From Candidatus Krumholzibacteriales bacterium (GTDB lineage: Bacteria > Krumholzibacteriota > Krumholzibacteriia > Krumholzibacteriales > WJIX01), in NCBI GenBank assembly GCA_046483305.1, contig JAWODM010000024.1, forward strand, positions 1 through 64,000: DNA of 64,000 nucleotides. Direction: 5' to 3'. A model generated the notes under the pieces. It did not search any database and was not told the DNA's origin. It saw only the letters and a list, made by a program, of their open reading frames with translations. This document shows, piece after piece, positions 9,248 to 19,685 of the stretch; position 1 is the first letter of the stretch, and each line of letters begins with the position of its first letter. The position numbers and the translations under genes were made by a program.

Positions 9248-10633
9248 TCAGTCCGGCTGGACCAGCTGAAAAGTCCTGGCTCTGAAGCTGGCCCCCGGTA
9301 TCCCCTCAACCAGCTCCCTGCACCTTTCAATATCCAGCCCCGGAACGCTCACCGCGGTGGCGGTGCACCTCATGCTGGACGCGGCGGCCTTTCTGAGAAA
9401 GTCGAGGACCGAATCGAAGGCCTCTCCTCCCGCGTCAGGCCTGCAGAGCCGGTTGTAGCTCTCCCGGTCGTATCCGTTAATGCTTACCGATATTCTGTCG
9501 AATCGCTCCTCCAGCTGAGGCACGATATCTCTCCGGTTTATCATATTACCCTGGCCGTTGGTATTGAGTCTCAGGGGAAGGTTATGTTTCTTCAGGGCAT
9601 CGGCTGTATCGAGCAGGAAATCCAGCCTGGTGGTCGGCTCGCCGTAACCGCAGAAAACTATCTCGGCGTAACGGCCCTCTTCCAGCTGCTTCTGAACCTC
9701 CTGAACGGTTTCCTCCGTTTCCGGCTCCACGATCAGGTCCAGATTGTAACCGTACAGTTCGTTGTTCCGGTTCCTCCGGGCGCAGAAACCGCAGTTATTG
9801 GTGCAGGTGTTGGTCGGATTTATATACAGGCTGTCCCTGATCGAATACACTATGCTCGGCGGTATGTCCTTTTCCCCGTGCAGGCACCTCCGGTAATTCC
9901 TTTCGGTTGCCCTGGCTATGTCGCGGGGGAATACCGATTTGATCTCAGCGCTCCTCTCCGCTATGATTTTCAGGTACGCGGGTTCGTTTCTCTTTCCCCG
10001 GTAAGGCTCCGGCGGCAGATACGGGCAGTCGGTTTCCAGAACGAAACCGCTGGAAGGAAGGGATTTCAGTGTTTGGGGAAGCCCGGAATTCCTGTATGTG
10101 AGCGGGCCTCCGATACCAAGGATAAATCCAAGCCGGTATACCTCTTCCGCCTCCTCAACCCCTCCTCCGAAGGCATGGAATATGCCCCCCACATCGGACG
10201 CTCCCTCCTCGGAAAGGATCTTCACCACATCCTCGAAGGCGTCCCTGCAGTGAACCACTATCGGTTTGCCGAAATAGAGCGCCGCCGATATCTGTTTTCT
10301 GAAAACATCCCTCTGGAGATCCCGGGGTGACAGGTCTCTGTAGTAATCCAGCCCTATCTCGCCCAGGGCCAGGACTTTCTTCCTGAGAAGATACTTCTTG
10401 ATTCTTTCCTCCAGCTCCCTGTCGTAATCGGAAGCCTCATGCGGATGTATCCCCACCGCCGCATATACCCCCGCGAATTCCCCGGTCAGCCTGACCACCT
10501 GATCCAGCGATCCCCGGTCGTATCCGACCGCGACCATTTCAGCTACTCCGGCCCTGTCAGCCCGGTCCACCACCTCTTCCCTGTCTCCGTCAAAATGACG
10601 CATATTGAGATGCACATGGGTATCTACAAGCAT
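9248..10633 (-). CDS. TatD family nuclease fused to a TatD-associated radical SAM domain
   Basis: DTHVH, GIHPH, GEIGLDYY, HCRDA, ETDCPYL, followed by CTNNCGFC and VFCGYGEP. Confidence 0.92.
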   Translation of the reverse strand: MLVDTHVHLNMRHFDGDREEVVDRADRAGVAEMVAVGYDRGSLDQVVRLTGEFAGVYAAVGIHPHEASDYDRELEERIKKYLLRKKVLALGEIGLDYYRDLSPRDLQRDVFRKQISAALYFGKPIVVHCRDAFEDVVKILSEEGASDVGGIFHAFGGGVEEAEEVYRLGFILGIGGPLTYRNSGLPQTLKSLPSSGFVLETDCPYLPPEPYRGKRNEPAYLKIIAERSAEIKSVFPRDIARATERNYRRCLHGEKDIPPSIVYSIRDSLYINPTNTCTNNCGFCARRNRNNELYGYNLDLIVEPETEETVQEVQKQLEEGRYAEIVFCGYGEPTTRLDFLLDTADALKKHNLPLRLNTNGQGNMINRRDIVPQLEERFDRISVSINGYDRESYNRLCRPDAGGEAFDSVLDFLRKAAASSMRCTATAVSVPGLDIERCRELVEGIPGASFRARTFQLVQPD

Positions 10634-10656
10634 TGCCCGGTTGCCTTTCTTTTCTG

Positions 10657-12171
10657 TCAGTCGGATTGCAGCCTGGGAAACAGCGGCTCGATTTTTTCCA
10701 GCCCGGTAATGCCCGCCCTGTCAGGCGGAAGCTGCTGCGGGCTGACCGCGTCTGTTCCCAGAATTTCCAGCATTCTCTCCATCTTGCCGGGGAGGAAAGG
10801 CTTAAGAACCGTCCCCGCGGATGCGAGCACCGCCAGCAGCTGCCGGAATATCTCTTCCAGCTCTTCCCTGCTCCCCTCTTTCCTGGCCAGCTCCCAGGGC
10901 TTTTTCTCCTCTATATACTTGTTGGCTCTCTGAATAACTGGCCAGAAGCCGCTGAGGGCTCTGGAGAAAAGCATCTTTTCCATATAAAGCAGATACTGCT
11001 CGACCCCCTCCGCCACCTCCGCATAAAGCTCCGACCGGTTATTGAAATCGCCCTCCGGGACCTCTCCTTCAAGGTACTTCACTATCATGGAAGCGGTCCT
11101 GCTCAGCAGGTTTCCCAGTTCGTTGGCGAGCTCGGTGTTGTAGCGGTTCCTGAGAATCTCTATCGATATATCGCCGTCGCCGTCGAAAGGGACCTCCCTG
11201 AGGAGGAGATACCTCAGCGCCTCCGCGCCGAACTCCTTCTCCAGCTCTTCCGGGTCCAGGACGTTGCCCCTGGTTTTGCTCATCTTCTCCCCGGAGAGCG
11301 AGATGAAACCATGCGCGAACACCTTGCGGGGAGGAGGCTCCCCGGCGGCCAGCAGCATCGCCGGCCATATAATGCAGTGGAACCTGGTAATATCCTTTCC
11401 GATCACATGAACATCCGCCGGCCAGTATTTATGGTAGAGCGGGTCATCGCTTCCGTATCCGAGAGCCGAAATATAATTGGTGAGGGCGTCGAACCATACA
11501 TAAATGACATGTTCCTTGTCTATGGGAAGGGGGATTCCCCACTCCTTGCCTATCCTGGAGATGGAAACATCTTTCAGCCCGTCCTTTATTACATTTACTA
11601 TCTCATTTTCCCTCTTCTTCGGCTCGATAAAGCCGGGTTTGTTCTCGATCAGCTCCAGCAGCGGCTCCGCAAACCGGGAGAGGGCGAAGAAGTAGTTCTC
11701 TTCATCTATAACCTTCGCTTCCTCCCTGTGCCGGGGGCACAATCCGTCCTCCAGGTCGGCCTCGGTTATAAACTCCTCGCATGACTCGCAGTAGTAACCG
11801 GTGTACCGGTCCCTGTAGATGTACCCCTTCTCATGTATCCTGCCGAACAGCCTGGTCACCGCGTCGATATGCCTCTGCTCGGTGGTATGGATAAAGTCGT
11901 CGTATGATATATTGAGGTTCTTCCATACATCTCTGAACTCCCCGGACATCCGGCGGCAGTATTCAAAGGGTTCCAACCCTTTCTTTCTGGCCTCTTTCTC
12001 CACATTGGCGCTGTGTTCGTCATTTCCCATCAGGAAGAGGGTGTCAAACCCGCACATACGCTTATACCTGGCCATCACGTCCGCCCCTATCTTTTCGTAG
12101 GCGGTACCCAGGTGCGGTTTCTGATTAACGTAATCGATCGCGGTGGTAATATAGAATTTCTCTTTTGCCAT
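10657..12171 (-). CDS. metG: Methionyl-tRNA synthetase (short form)
   Basis: YITTAIDYVN..PHLG, YVWFDAL, IGKDITRFH, KMSKT, PLFPR. Confidence 0.97.
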   Translation of the reverse strand: MAKEKFYITTAIDYVNQKPHLGTAYEKIGADVMARYKRMCGFDTLFLMGNDEHSANVEKEARKKGLEPFEYCRRMSGEFRDVWKNLNISYDDFIHTTEQRHIDAVTRLFGRIHEKGYIYRDRYTGYYCESCEEFITEADLEDGLCPRHREEAKVIDEENYFFALSRFAEPLLELIENKPGFIEPKKRENEIVNVIKDGLKDVSISRIGKEWGIPLPIDKEHVIYVWFDALTNYISALGYGSDDPLYHKYWPADVHVIGKDITRFHCIIWPAMLLAAGEPPPRKVFAHGFISLSGEKMSKTRGNVLDPEELEKEFGAEALRYLLLREVPFDGDGDISIEILRNRYNTELANELGNLLSRTASMIVKYLEGEVPEGDFNNRSELYAEVAEGVEQYLLYMEKMLFSRALSGFWPVIQRANKYIEEKKPWELARKEGSREELEEIFRQLLAVLASAGTVLKPFLPGKMERMLEILGTDAVSPQQLPPDRAGITGLEKIEPLFPRLQSD

Positions 12172-12210
12172 TACGGCTGCCCTTTCCCTTGCGGTATTTA
12201 ATTAATGGTA

Positions 12211-13032
12211 TTAATCCCCGTCTTCCCCGTCTTCAAAACCAAGCTCTCTTCTGAAATCTTCGAGGGGAGTATTCACGCTGTTTCCATTCTCGTCGACCAG
12301 GGATATGGTCCTGTCGAAGACACTTATTTTACCTACCTTGTATTCGCCGCCGAAGCAGTTTACTATGCTTCCCTCTTTGGGGATACCTTTCTTCAGTTCC
12401 CGGTATACGTCCAGTTCGTAATTCAGGCAGCACATCAGTCTTCCGCATACACCGGAAATCTTGGCCGGGGTCAGGGGGAGGTTCTGCTCCTTGGCCATCT
12501 TGAGAGTTATAGGTTCGAATTCCTTTATGAAGGTCGCGCAGCAGAGTTTTCTGCCGCACATCCCCACCCCGTTGAACCTTCTCGCCTCATCCCTTACCCC
12601 TATCTGGTGCAGGTCAATCCTGGTCTTGAATACCGCGGCCAGGTCCCTGACCAGTTCCCGGAAATCGACTCTGGTTTCGGCGGTAAAATAAAAGGTGATC
12701 TTGTTGCAGTCGAACTGGTATTCCACATCTATCAGCTTCATGGGGAGATTATGCTCTTCAACCTTCTTGTGGCACACCTCTACCGCTTTCTGCTCTCTTG
12801 ACCTGGCCTCCTGCAGTTTCTTCTCGTCCTCTTCGGTGGCATGCCGGATAATCTCCTTATCCACATTCTCGATCTCTTCATCCCCGCCTGTATATACGTT
12901 CTCGATGGTCCCCATATCCTCTCCGCGGTCCGCCTCCACGATACAGTAATTCCCAATCTGAAGGAATAACTCCTTGGTGTTCTTGTAAAGTTCCCGTCTG
13001 AGGGATTTGAATTTAACTTCCACTATTTCCAT
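12211..13032 (-). CDS. ricT: PSP1-domain protein RicT/YaaT
   Basis: RVDFRELVRDLA, QIGVRDEA, CGRKLCC, KISGVCGRLMCCL; sits between holB and metG. Confidence 0.9.
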   Translation of the reverse strand: MEIVEVKFKSLRRELYKNTKELFLQIGNYCIVEADRGEDMGTIENVYTGGDEEIENVDKEIIRHATEEDEKKLQEARSREQKAVEVCHKKVEEHNLPMKLIDVEYQFDCNKITFYFTAETRVDFRELVRDLAAVFKTRIDLHQIGVRDEARRFNGVGMCGRKLCCATFIKEFEPITLKMAKEQNLPLTPAKISGVCGRLMCCLNYELDVYRELKKGIPKEGSIVNCFGGEYKVGKISVFDRTISLVDENGNSVNTPLEDFRRELGFEDGEDGD

Positions 13033-13090
13033 CGGTAATAATCACACCTGTATATGCCCTGTATATCAGCGCCTTCCATATCAACACAAT

Positions 13091-14176
13091 CTAATACCAC
13101 TTACCGGCTAAATCAAGAAACAGTTGCGTGAGGGTAAGCTCCGTATTGGCGTTTGAGCGCAGCGCCCTGGAACTTCTGGATATCTTCTCCAGGTCCGCCG
13201 GGCAGTCCCTCGCCCCGGAAAGCTCCATCACATCCCTGCCCAGCAGGGCCGAGTAGAATTCCGTTTCTACCCTGTTTTCGAGCCCCTCGCCCGTTCTCAT
13301 CAGAAACCGGAACGACCTCTTCATCTCGGCCAGCAGGGTCATGATTTCTTCCCGGTTGTACTCCCTTACCGCGTTCTGGGCCTCCATGATCAGTTCCCTT
13401 CCCTTTCCCGCCGTCGCCATCCCGGTTATCCGGGCGGCCTTTTCCACAATATCCATGAATCTCGAATCTCCGTATCTGGCAGCCCTTCTCAGGTTGCCTC
13501 CCGATATATTTACCGCCCTCCTGAGCTCCGCGCCCTTCAGTGAATAAACCTTTTTCATGAACTCCTCCACCGCCTCGGGCGGGAGGTAATCGAACCTGAT
13601 TCTGAAACACCTCGAGGTGATGGTCGGAAGCAGCCTGTCCGGGTACTCCGTGACCAGTATTATCAGGGTGGAGCCGGGCGGCTCTTCCAGGAGTTTCAGG
13701 AAACTGTTCTGGGCCTGGATGGTGGCCAGGTGGGCCTGGAACACTATCACCGCTGGCCGGGCCGCTTCGTATGAGTGCCTGGACACCTTCTCCTTTACCT
13801 CCCTGATAATATCTATCCCGATGCTCCTGGCCCTGGTGCCGAACTCTCCGCTGCTGAAAAAATCCTTCCTTCTGCTCTCCAGTATTACCGGCAGGGTCTT
13901 TATAACCGGCCCGGAGGGAAGGGGAAATACCGGATGAAGGTCGGGGTGTTCCAGCCTGGATATCTTTCTGCAGGAAGGGCACTTTCCGCCTTCCGCCGAA
14001 CAGCCCCCCGGGCAGTTGCTCTCGGCGGCGTACCAGAGCGCCGCCAGAGCCTTCCCGCTACCCCCGGGACCGGTAAAGATGAACGCGGAAGGGGAAGTTT
14101 CCCGCATCGACTCAAGAACGGCGCGGGCCCTCTCCTGGCGCATCGCTATGATTCTTCCCGCCTCCAGTATATCCAC
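13091..14176 (-). CDS. holB: DNA polymerase III delta' subunit
   Basis: FTGPGGSGK, Zn-binding cysteines, HPDLH, NSFLKLLEEPP, LLPTITSRC. Confidence 0.88.
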   Translation of the reverse strand: MDILEAGRIIAMRQERARAVLESMRETSPSAFIFTGPGGSGKALAALWYAAESNCPGGCSAEGGKCPSCRKISRLEHPDLHPVFPLPSGPVIKTLPVILESRRKDFFSSGEFGTRARSIGIDIIREVKEKVSRHSYEAARPAVIVFQAHLATIQAQNSFLKLLEEPPGSTLIILVTEYPDRLLPTITSRCFRIRFDYLPPEAVEEFMKKVYSLKGAELRRAVNISGGNLRRAARYGDSRFMDIVEKAARITGMATAGKGRELIMEAQNAVREYNREEIMTLLAEMKRSFRFLMRTGEGLENRVETEFYSALLGRDVMELSGARDCPADLEKISRSSRALRSNANTELTLTQLFLDLAGKWY

Positions 14177-14187
14177 TGCTTTCTCCT

Positions 14188-15354
14188 CTACCTTATCCAG
14201 CTCTGTGGGTCCATGGACTGCTTTGATTTTCTCAGCTCAAAGTGGAAGTCAGACCCTTCGGCTGTCTCCGCTATCACCGCTCCCATATCCACTATATCGC
14301 CCTTGTTTACAAAAATATTCCCGGTTCTGGCATACAGGGTATAATATCCGTCTCCATGGTTTATAATTATGCAGTTTCCGTAACCGGCCAGCTCTCCGGA
14401 ATATTCCACCCTGCCTCTGGCCACCGCTTCCACCGGAGAGCCCGGCCTCACCTCGATATCTATGCCTGAGTTGAAGGTTACCGTTCCGAACTCCGGATGC
14501 CTGGAGCGGCCGAAACCGCGAACGGTCCTGCCCTCCACCGGGCTTCTCAAATTACCCTTCAGCCCGGCAAAATCCTGCTCTCCGTATTCACTCTTGCTCT
14601 CCAGGATGCTCTTTCTTCGCTCCTCCAGAGTCTCTATCAGATTCTCCAGGCGGTCTTTCGCCGCGGCCAGCTCCCGCACTCTCTTCTCGTAATTTTCCTG
14701 TTTACTTCTGATATCCCTCAGCGCCTCCTTCCTCTCCTGCCTGATGCTTTCCAGCCTGGTCAGCTCCGATCTCTTCTCTATCCCGGCCAGGCTGACTTCC
14801 TGAAGCGTTTCCGTCAGCTCGGTCCTTTCCCTTTCGATCTGGCGGCTCTTCTTCATGGCGTCCTCTATCAGCAGGGCGTCGCGCTGCGTCAGAAGCACGA
14901 AATACTTGTATTTCTGGCTCAGCTGGGCGAAATTGGAAGCGGCCAGCATCTCCTGCCAGACCGGGCGCCTGCCCTGTTTGTACATCTCTCTCATATGTAA
15001 TGAGAGAATGTCCAGCCGGCGGTTGTAAACCGCCCTGTTCCTGCTCAGCGAACTCTTTACCTTCTCCACCTGAGAAGCCAGGAGCTCTCTCTTCTCTTCC
15101 AGCCCCTCCAGCAGCCGCCTGACCAGAGCGCTCTCCCTGTCCAGTTTCTCTATATACCCGCCCACCGTATTCTCCTCCCGCCGGAGCCTGCGGATCGCCT
15201 CTCTCTGCTGTTCGATCTGCTCTCTGAGTGCGGCCAGCTCCCGCTCCTTGTCGGAAATCTGTTTCTTCAGGTCACCCTGCCCCAGAACCCCCGCCGCCGG
15301 AATCACCGCCAGAACGGCCACCACAATCAGCTTTCTGCGGAACAATGATTTCAT
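14188..15354 (-). CDS. envC: Murein hydrolase activator EnvC (coiled coil plus degenerate M23)
   Basis: Signal peptide, long coiled coil, NSGIDI, GYGNCIIINHG; follows ftsEX. Confidence 0.85.
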   Translation of the reverse strand: MKSLFRRKLIVVAVLAVIPAAGVLGQGDLKKQISDKERELAALREQIEQQREAIRRLRREENTVGGYIEKLDRESALVRRLLEGLEEKRELLASQVEKVKSSLSRNRAVYNRRLDILSLHMREMYKQGRRPVWQEMLAASNFAQLSQKYKYFVLLTQRDALLIEDAMKKSRQIERERTELTETLQEVSLAGIEKRSELTRLESIRQERKEALRDIRSKQENYEKRVRELAAAKDRLENLIETLEERRKSILESKSEYGEQDFAGLKGNLRSPVEGRTVRGFGRSRHPEFGTVTFNSGIDIEVRPGSPVEAVARGRVEYSGELAGYGNCIIINHGDGYYTLYARTGNIFVNKGDIVDMGAVIAETAEGSDFHFELRKSKQSMDPQSWIR

Positions 15355-15366
15355 GGTTATCAGCTT

Positions 15367-16245
15367 CTATCTCTTCAGGTACTTCCTGATAGCTATATAA
15401 CTTCCCGCCGCCCCCAGAACGGCGCACAGCAGCACGAAACCGGCAATCCCCTCCACCCTGAAGAAGGTGATCCCGGGCAGGTACCTGCTTCCCACCAGAT
15501 ACGATATCCAGAGCAGAATAACCGCCAGGACCGCAGAGATTACTCCCTGAAAAGCCCCCTCGAAAATGAACGGTATCTGGATATATCGGTTGGTGGCGCC
15601 AACATATTTCAATATCTCTATGGACTTCCGCCCGGATAGAATGGAAAGCCTTACCGTATTGGATATTACGAACACTATGGACAGAAACACTATCAGCCCC
15701 AGAGTCAGATCGGTCATGTAGAAACCCAGCACGATATCTTCGCCTCTATCCACCCAATCCTTTCCGTACCTGACATCCTCCACCCCTTCCCATTCGGATA
15801 CCTTTCCGGCCAGGGCGCTCATGCTCTCTCCGGTGCTGTACTCCTGCTCCATCCTGACCTCGAAGGAGTTCGGCAGCGGATTGGTATCCAGGTCGTCAAG
15901 CAGGGAGCTCCCCGCTTCCAACTCCTCCCGGAACCTCTCCAGGGCCTCTGATTTGGGGACGAATACCACCCCCCGGACCGAATTGAAATCATAGAGCCCT
16001 TTCCTGATCTTCTCCACAGCGCTCTGGTCCAGCCCATCCTCCAGGTAGACATAAACCCTCATTTCCTCTCTGGCATTCTCTATCACCATCGATATGTTGA
16101 GGGTCACCAGAATAAAGATAAGCAGGACCAGCATAGAGAACCCCATTATAATAACAGAAATTACATTGGACGCTCTCCTCCGTTTGAGCATCCTCAGCGA
16201 TTCTTCCAATATATACTTCATCTCATTAAACGCTGACATCTTCAT
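15367..16245 (-). CDS. ftsX: Cell division permease FtsX
   Basis: NPLPNSF, ISNTVRLSI..IEILKYVGATNRYIQIPFIFEG; start moved to MKMSAF (16245, alternatively 16239 or 16221). Confidence 0.9.
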   Translation of the reverse strand: MKMSAFNEMKYILEESLRMLKRRRASNVISVIIMGFSMLVLLIFILVTLNISMVIENAREEMRVYVYLEDGLDQSAVEKIRKGLYDFNSVRGVVFVPKSEALERFREELEAGSSLLDDLDTNPLPNSFEVRMEQEYSTGESMSALAGKVSEWEGVEDVRYGKDWVDRGEDIVLGFYMTDLTLGLIVFLSIVFVISNTVRLSILSGRKSIEILKYVGATNRYIQIPFIFEGAFQGVISAVLAVILLWISYLVGSRYLPGITFFRVEGIAGFVLLCAVLGAAGSYIAIRKYLKR

Positions 16246-17074
16246 CACCGTTTTCCTTACGGCCGTTTCCGGCCGAACCGCCCCGGTTCCGCGTCCTGCC
16301 GATTCGCCGGTCCCGGAATTCTCTGGCTCTTCTCTCCACCTGCGAATCAGAAATAGACCTGCGCAGGTCTCCCTCGAATACCCTGCCGCTGTCCTTGACC
16401 ACCCTGCCCTCCTCGAGATAAATGGTCCTCTGCCCGAAGCTGCGGACCAGTTCCACATCATGAGTGGCCAGAAGAACCGCGGTCCCCCCCGAATTAATCC
16501 TGAACAGCAGTTCCATTATCTCCTTGGTTACGTAAGGGTCCAGGTTGCCGGTCGGTTCATCGGCCAGCAGGATGGCCGGCCGGTTCGCGATAGCCCTGGC
16601 CATGGCCACTCTCTGCTGCTCCCCGCCGGACAGGGCTTCGGGATATTCATACCTCTTATGGTAAAGCCCCACCCTTGAGAGAATATCGGTCATCTCCCTT
16701 TTTATCTCACCCATTCCCCTGCCGGAGACCTTCATCGCCAGAGCCACATTTTCAAAGACGGTGCGGTCCTCCAGGAGCCTGAAATCCTGAAATACCACGC
16801 CTATCTTCCTTCTCAGACTGCAGATAGTGCTTCTCTTCATCCTGGTCGAAACAAACTTTCCTATTATTACCTGCCCCGAATCGGGCACGTCGTCCATGTA
16901 CATCATCCGAAGCAGGGTGCTCTTGCCCGCTCCGCTGGGACCGACCAGGAAAACGAACTCTCCGTTGGCAACCTGAAAACTGATATCACTCAGGCTGAAA
17001 TGCCTGCTCAGCCTCTTGGAGAGGTGATAAACCCCAGCTATTATTCTCTTCTCTTCCGGCACGTTTACGCTCAT
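16226..17074 (-). CDS. ftsE: Cell division ATP-binding protein FtsE
   Basis: GEFVFLVGPSGAGKST, RRKIGVVFQDFRLL, LSGGEQQRV, ADEPTGNLDP; ATGA overlap with pdxA stop. Confidence 0.92.
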   Translation of the reverse strand: MSVNVPEEKRIIAGVYHLSKRLSRHFSLSDISFQVANGEFVFLVGPSGAGKSTLLRMMYMDDVPDSGQVIIGKFVSTRMKRSTICSLRRKIGVVFQDFRLLEDRTVFENVALAMKVSGRGMGEIKREMTDILSRVGLYHKRYEYPEALSGGEQQRVAMARAIANRPAILLADEPTGNLDPYVTKEIMELLFRINSGGTAVLLATHDVELVRSFGQRTIYLEEGRVVKDSGRVFEGDLRRSISDSQVERRAREFRDRRIGRTRNRGGSAGNGRKENGDEDVSV

Positions 17075-18072
17075 CTTTCTCTCTGTTCGATACATTCGGC
17101 GGCCAGCCGAATGGCGGCCTCCAGGCTCCCCGGGTTCGCTCTGCCGCTTCCGGCCAGGTCGTAGGCGGTGCCGTGGCAGACGCTGGTTCTGACTACCGGG
17201 AGCCCTATGGTCATATTAACTCCCCTCTCGAAACCGATGGTCTTGAAGGGTATCATTCCCTGATCGTGATACAACGCCATGCAGGCATCCATGGATCCGT
17301 CCTTCCAGCGGTAAAAGAGGGTATCCGCCGGAACCGGCCCCTCCACATCGATTCCTTCCTCCCGCAGCTGCTCCAGCGCGGGGATTATTATATCCTGCTC
17401 CTCGCTGCCGATCAGGCCGCCGTCTCCGGCATGGGGGTTAAGCGCCGAAACCGCTATCAGCGGCTGATGGATACCCCAATTCAACCTCAACCCCTCCACG
17501 GTTACTGTTACCGCCTTTTTGATCCTCTCTCCCGTGACGGCGCCGGGAACTTCCCGCAGAGGTATATCCCGGGTCATGATCACCACCCTCAAATGCCCGC
17601 TGATCATTATCATCTGACAGTCCGGCGCGTCAAAAAGGCCGGCCAGCATATCGGTATGACCCCTGTAACTGTAGCCGGCCATAGACAGGGCCTCCTTGGA
17701 GATGGGGCCCGTAACAATCCCCTTTACCATACCCCTTTCGGCCATCTCTATGGCTTTCTCCACACTCCTGCCGGATATCAGCCCGCCCTCGGCTCCAGCC
17801 CTGGGCGGAAGATTGCCGCAGCCCTCGGTCCCGGTATCTATGAACAGGAATCCTTCCCCCGGGCTTTCTGGGTATTCGTCCGCGGCGCTGACCACCGAGG
17901 TTCTGTCAAGGGTTCCTGGCGCAAGCAGGGGCAGAACCGGTTCGGCCGGGCCTATCACCACACTGCTTCCGGCCTTCAATATCCCCCGGTTCATAACCGA
18001 TGCGGTTATCTCCGGTCCTATCCCCGCCGGATCACCCACGGTGAGAGCTATTCCGGGCCGGTTCAGTTTCAA
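17071..18072 (-). CDS. pdxA: 4-hydroxythreonine-4-phosphate dehydrogenase PdxA family
   Basis: GDPAGIGPEI, GHTD, LNPHAGD, GPVPADT, YHDQG, RTSVCHGTAYD. Confidence 0.92.
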   Translation of the reverse strand: MKLNRPGIALTVGDPAGIGPEITASVMNRGILKAGSSVVIGPAEPVLPLLAPGTLDRTSVVSAADEYPESPGEGFLFIDTGTEGCGNLPPRAGAEGGLISGRSVEKAIEMAERGMVKGIVTGPISKEALSMAGYSYRGHTDMLAGLFDAPDCQMIMISGHLRVVIMTRDIPLREVPGAVTGERIKKAVTVTVEGLRLNWGIHQPLIAVSALNPHAGDGGLIGSEEQDIIIPALEQLREEGIDVEGPVPADTLFYRWKDGSMDACMALYHDQGMIPFKTIGFERGVNMTIGLPVVRTSVCHGTAYDLAGSGRANPGSLEAAIRLAAECIEQRER

Positions 18073-18093
18073 AATATGATTCTCCTTCAGATG

Positions 18094-18351
18094 TTACAGT
18101 TTTCTTTCCCTGATTACCCTGTAATAATCCCCGGCATTTTTCCTTGAAACCTGTTTCGGGGGCAGCTCCAGCACCTCAATCACCAGTTCCTTCGACGGGT
18201 AGAGGATATGAAGGGCCTCCCCCTCATGTATTTCCCTGGAGGGTTTTACAGAAATTCCTCCCACTTTCACCCTGCCCGCCGAAACCGCCTCTTTCCCCCT
18301 GGTCCTGGATTTCACCAGGCAGAGGTTCTTCAATAGCAGATCCAGCCTCAC
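18094..18351 (-). CDS. S4 RNA-binding domain protein (Hsp15/RqcP-like)
   Basis: MRLDLLL..LVKSRT..GRVKVGG..KPS. Confidence 0.85.
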   Translation of the reverse strand: MRLDLLLKNLCLVKSRTRGKEAVSAGRVKVGGISVKPSREIHEGEALHILYPSKELVIEVLELPPKQVSRKNAGDYYRVIRERKL

Positions 18352-19685
18352 TGCAGTACATCTTCCTTTATTTCGACGTAATATTTTTCCTTAAGCTCGT
18401 TAACGTATTCGGTGTATTTCTGCTGCACTTTCTCCTGAGTCAGAATTCTCTTCAGTTCCTCCCGGGCTTCCTCGAAACTGTACTCCCCCTCGCTTTTAAA
18501 ATCTATTACCTTGATTATCCTGATCCCCTTGCTGTCCCGGACCAGGGGAGCTATATCTCCCGGCTCCACTCCCCTGACCGCTTCCCTGAACTGCTCGGGC
18601 AGCCTGGAAATCGGAACCTCTCCCAGCAATCCCCCACTCCCAGCAGTCTCTTCGTCACAGGAATATTCCGCCGCCAGTTTCGCGAAAGCCTCTCCCGCTT
18701 CGGCTCTTTTCACCAATTCCCCGGCCTTCTCCCTGGCCGCGTCAAGCTGCGCGCTGTCCTCGGTCACTCTTATCAGAATATGCCTGACGTGGTGCTGGCC
18801 TTCCCGCTTCTCCTCGAGCTTGATCAGGTGGTAGCCGAAGTTGGTCAGCACCGGGCCGCTGACCTGGCCCGGGTCCAGCTCCCTGACCGCGTCCTCGAAC
18901 GCCTGGTTATTGAAGTCTTCCAGATTAACGAAACCGAGGTTGCCTCCGGCTTCGGCGCTGGGCCCTTCGGAGTACTCTCTGGCCAGCTCTTCGAACTTAA
19001 CGCCCGATTTCAGCTCTTTTTCAACCGCCTTGATCTTCTCCAGAGCGGCCGCTTTGCCCTCCCCCGAGGCCTCCGGACATATTAATATCTGGGCAAGGGT
19101 TACCGTTGGCGGGCGGGGAGGGAATTCGTCCTTCTTTTCCCGGTAATATTCCCTGAGTTCATCTTCAGAAATATCAATCCCGTCCCATATCTCGCTGTAG
19201 GCCAGTTGCTGCATCAGGCGCCTGGCCCTGATTTTTTCTTCCCACTGCCTCCGGATCTGCTCCTCGGTGAGCCCGTACCTGTTCAATTCCTCCTGAAAAG
19301 CCTCCCTGCCCCCTATCTGAGTAATGTTCCTCTCGATGGTCTTCTCAACCTCTTCGTCTATTACCGACTGATCGACTTCCACTCCGGTTCTCTCCGCGTG
19401 AACCGCCATCAGCATATCCGCCACCAGCCCGTTCAGCACCTCTTCCTTCACCTGGTTGATTACGCTGTCCCCCACCCCGGCCTCTTCCCCCATCTGCATC
19501 AGAATCCTCTTAAGCTCCATATCATACTCAGACTGAAGTACCGCGTTATCCTCCACCACCGCGATGACCCTGTCGATAACCTCACGGCCGCCGTTCCCGC
19601 CGCGGGCGCCTTTCCCCGGAGCTGCCGCGGCGAGCAGGACGGCGCAGGCAAAAGCCAGGCGCGCAATTCGCTTAAATTTATTCAT
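18348..19685 (-). CDS. surA: SurA-like periplasmic chaperone with two parvulin PPIase domains
   Basis: IDRVIAVV N-domain, FEELAREYSEGPSA..GGNLG, VRHILI; upstream of pdxA; start MNKFK at 19685. Confidence 0.8.
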   Translation of the reverse strand: MNKFKRIARLAFACAVLLAAAAPGKGARGGNGGREVIDRVIAVVEDNAVLQSEYDMELKRILMQMGEEAGVGDSVINQVKEEVLNGLVADMLMAVHAERTGVEVDQSVIDEEVEKTIERNITQIGGREAFQEELNRYGLTEEQIRRQWEEKIRARRLMQQLAYSEIWDGIDISEDELREYYREKKDEFPPRPPTVTLAQILICPEASGEGKAAALEKIKAVEKELKSGVKFEELAREYSEGPSAEAGGNLGFVNLEDFNNQAFEDAVRELDPGQVSGPVLTNFGYHLIKLEEKREGQHHVRHILIRVTEDSAQLDAAREKAGELVKRAEAGEAFAKLAAEYSCDEETAGSGGLLGEVPISRLPEQFREAVRGVEPGDIAPLVRDSKGIRIIKVIDFKSEGEYSFEEAREELKRILTQEKVQQKYTEYVNELKEKYYVEIKEDVLQ

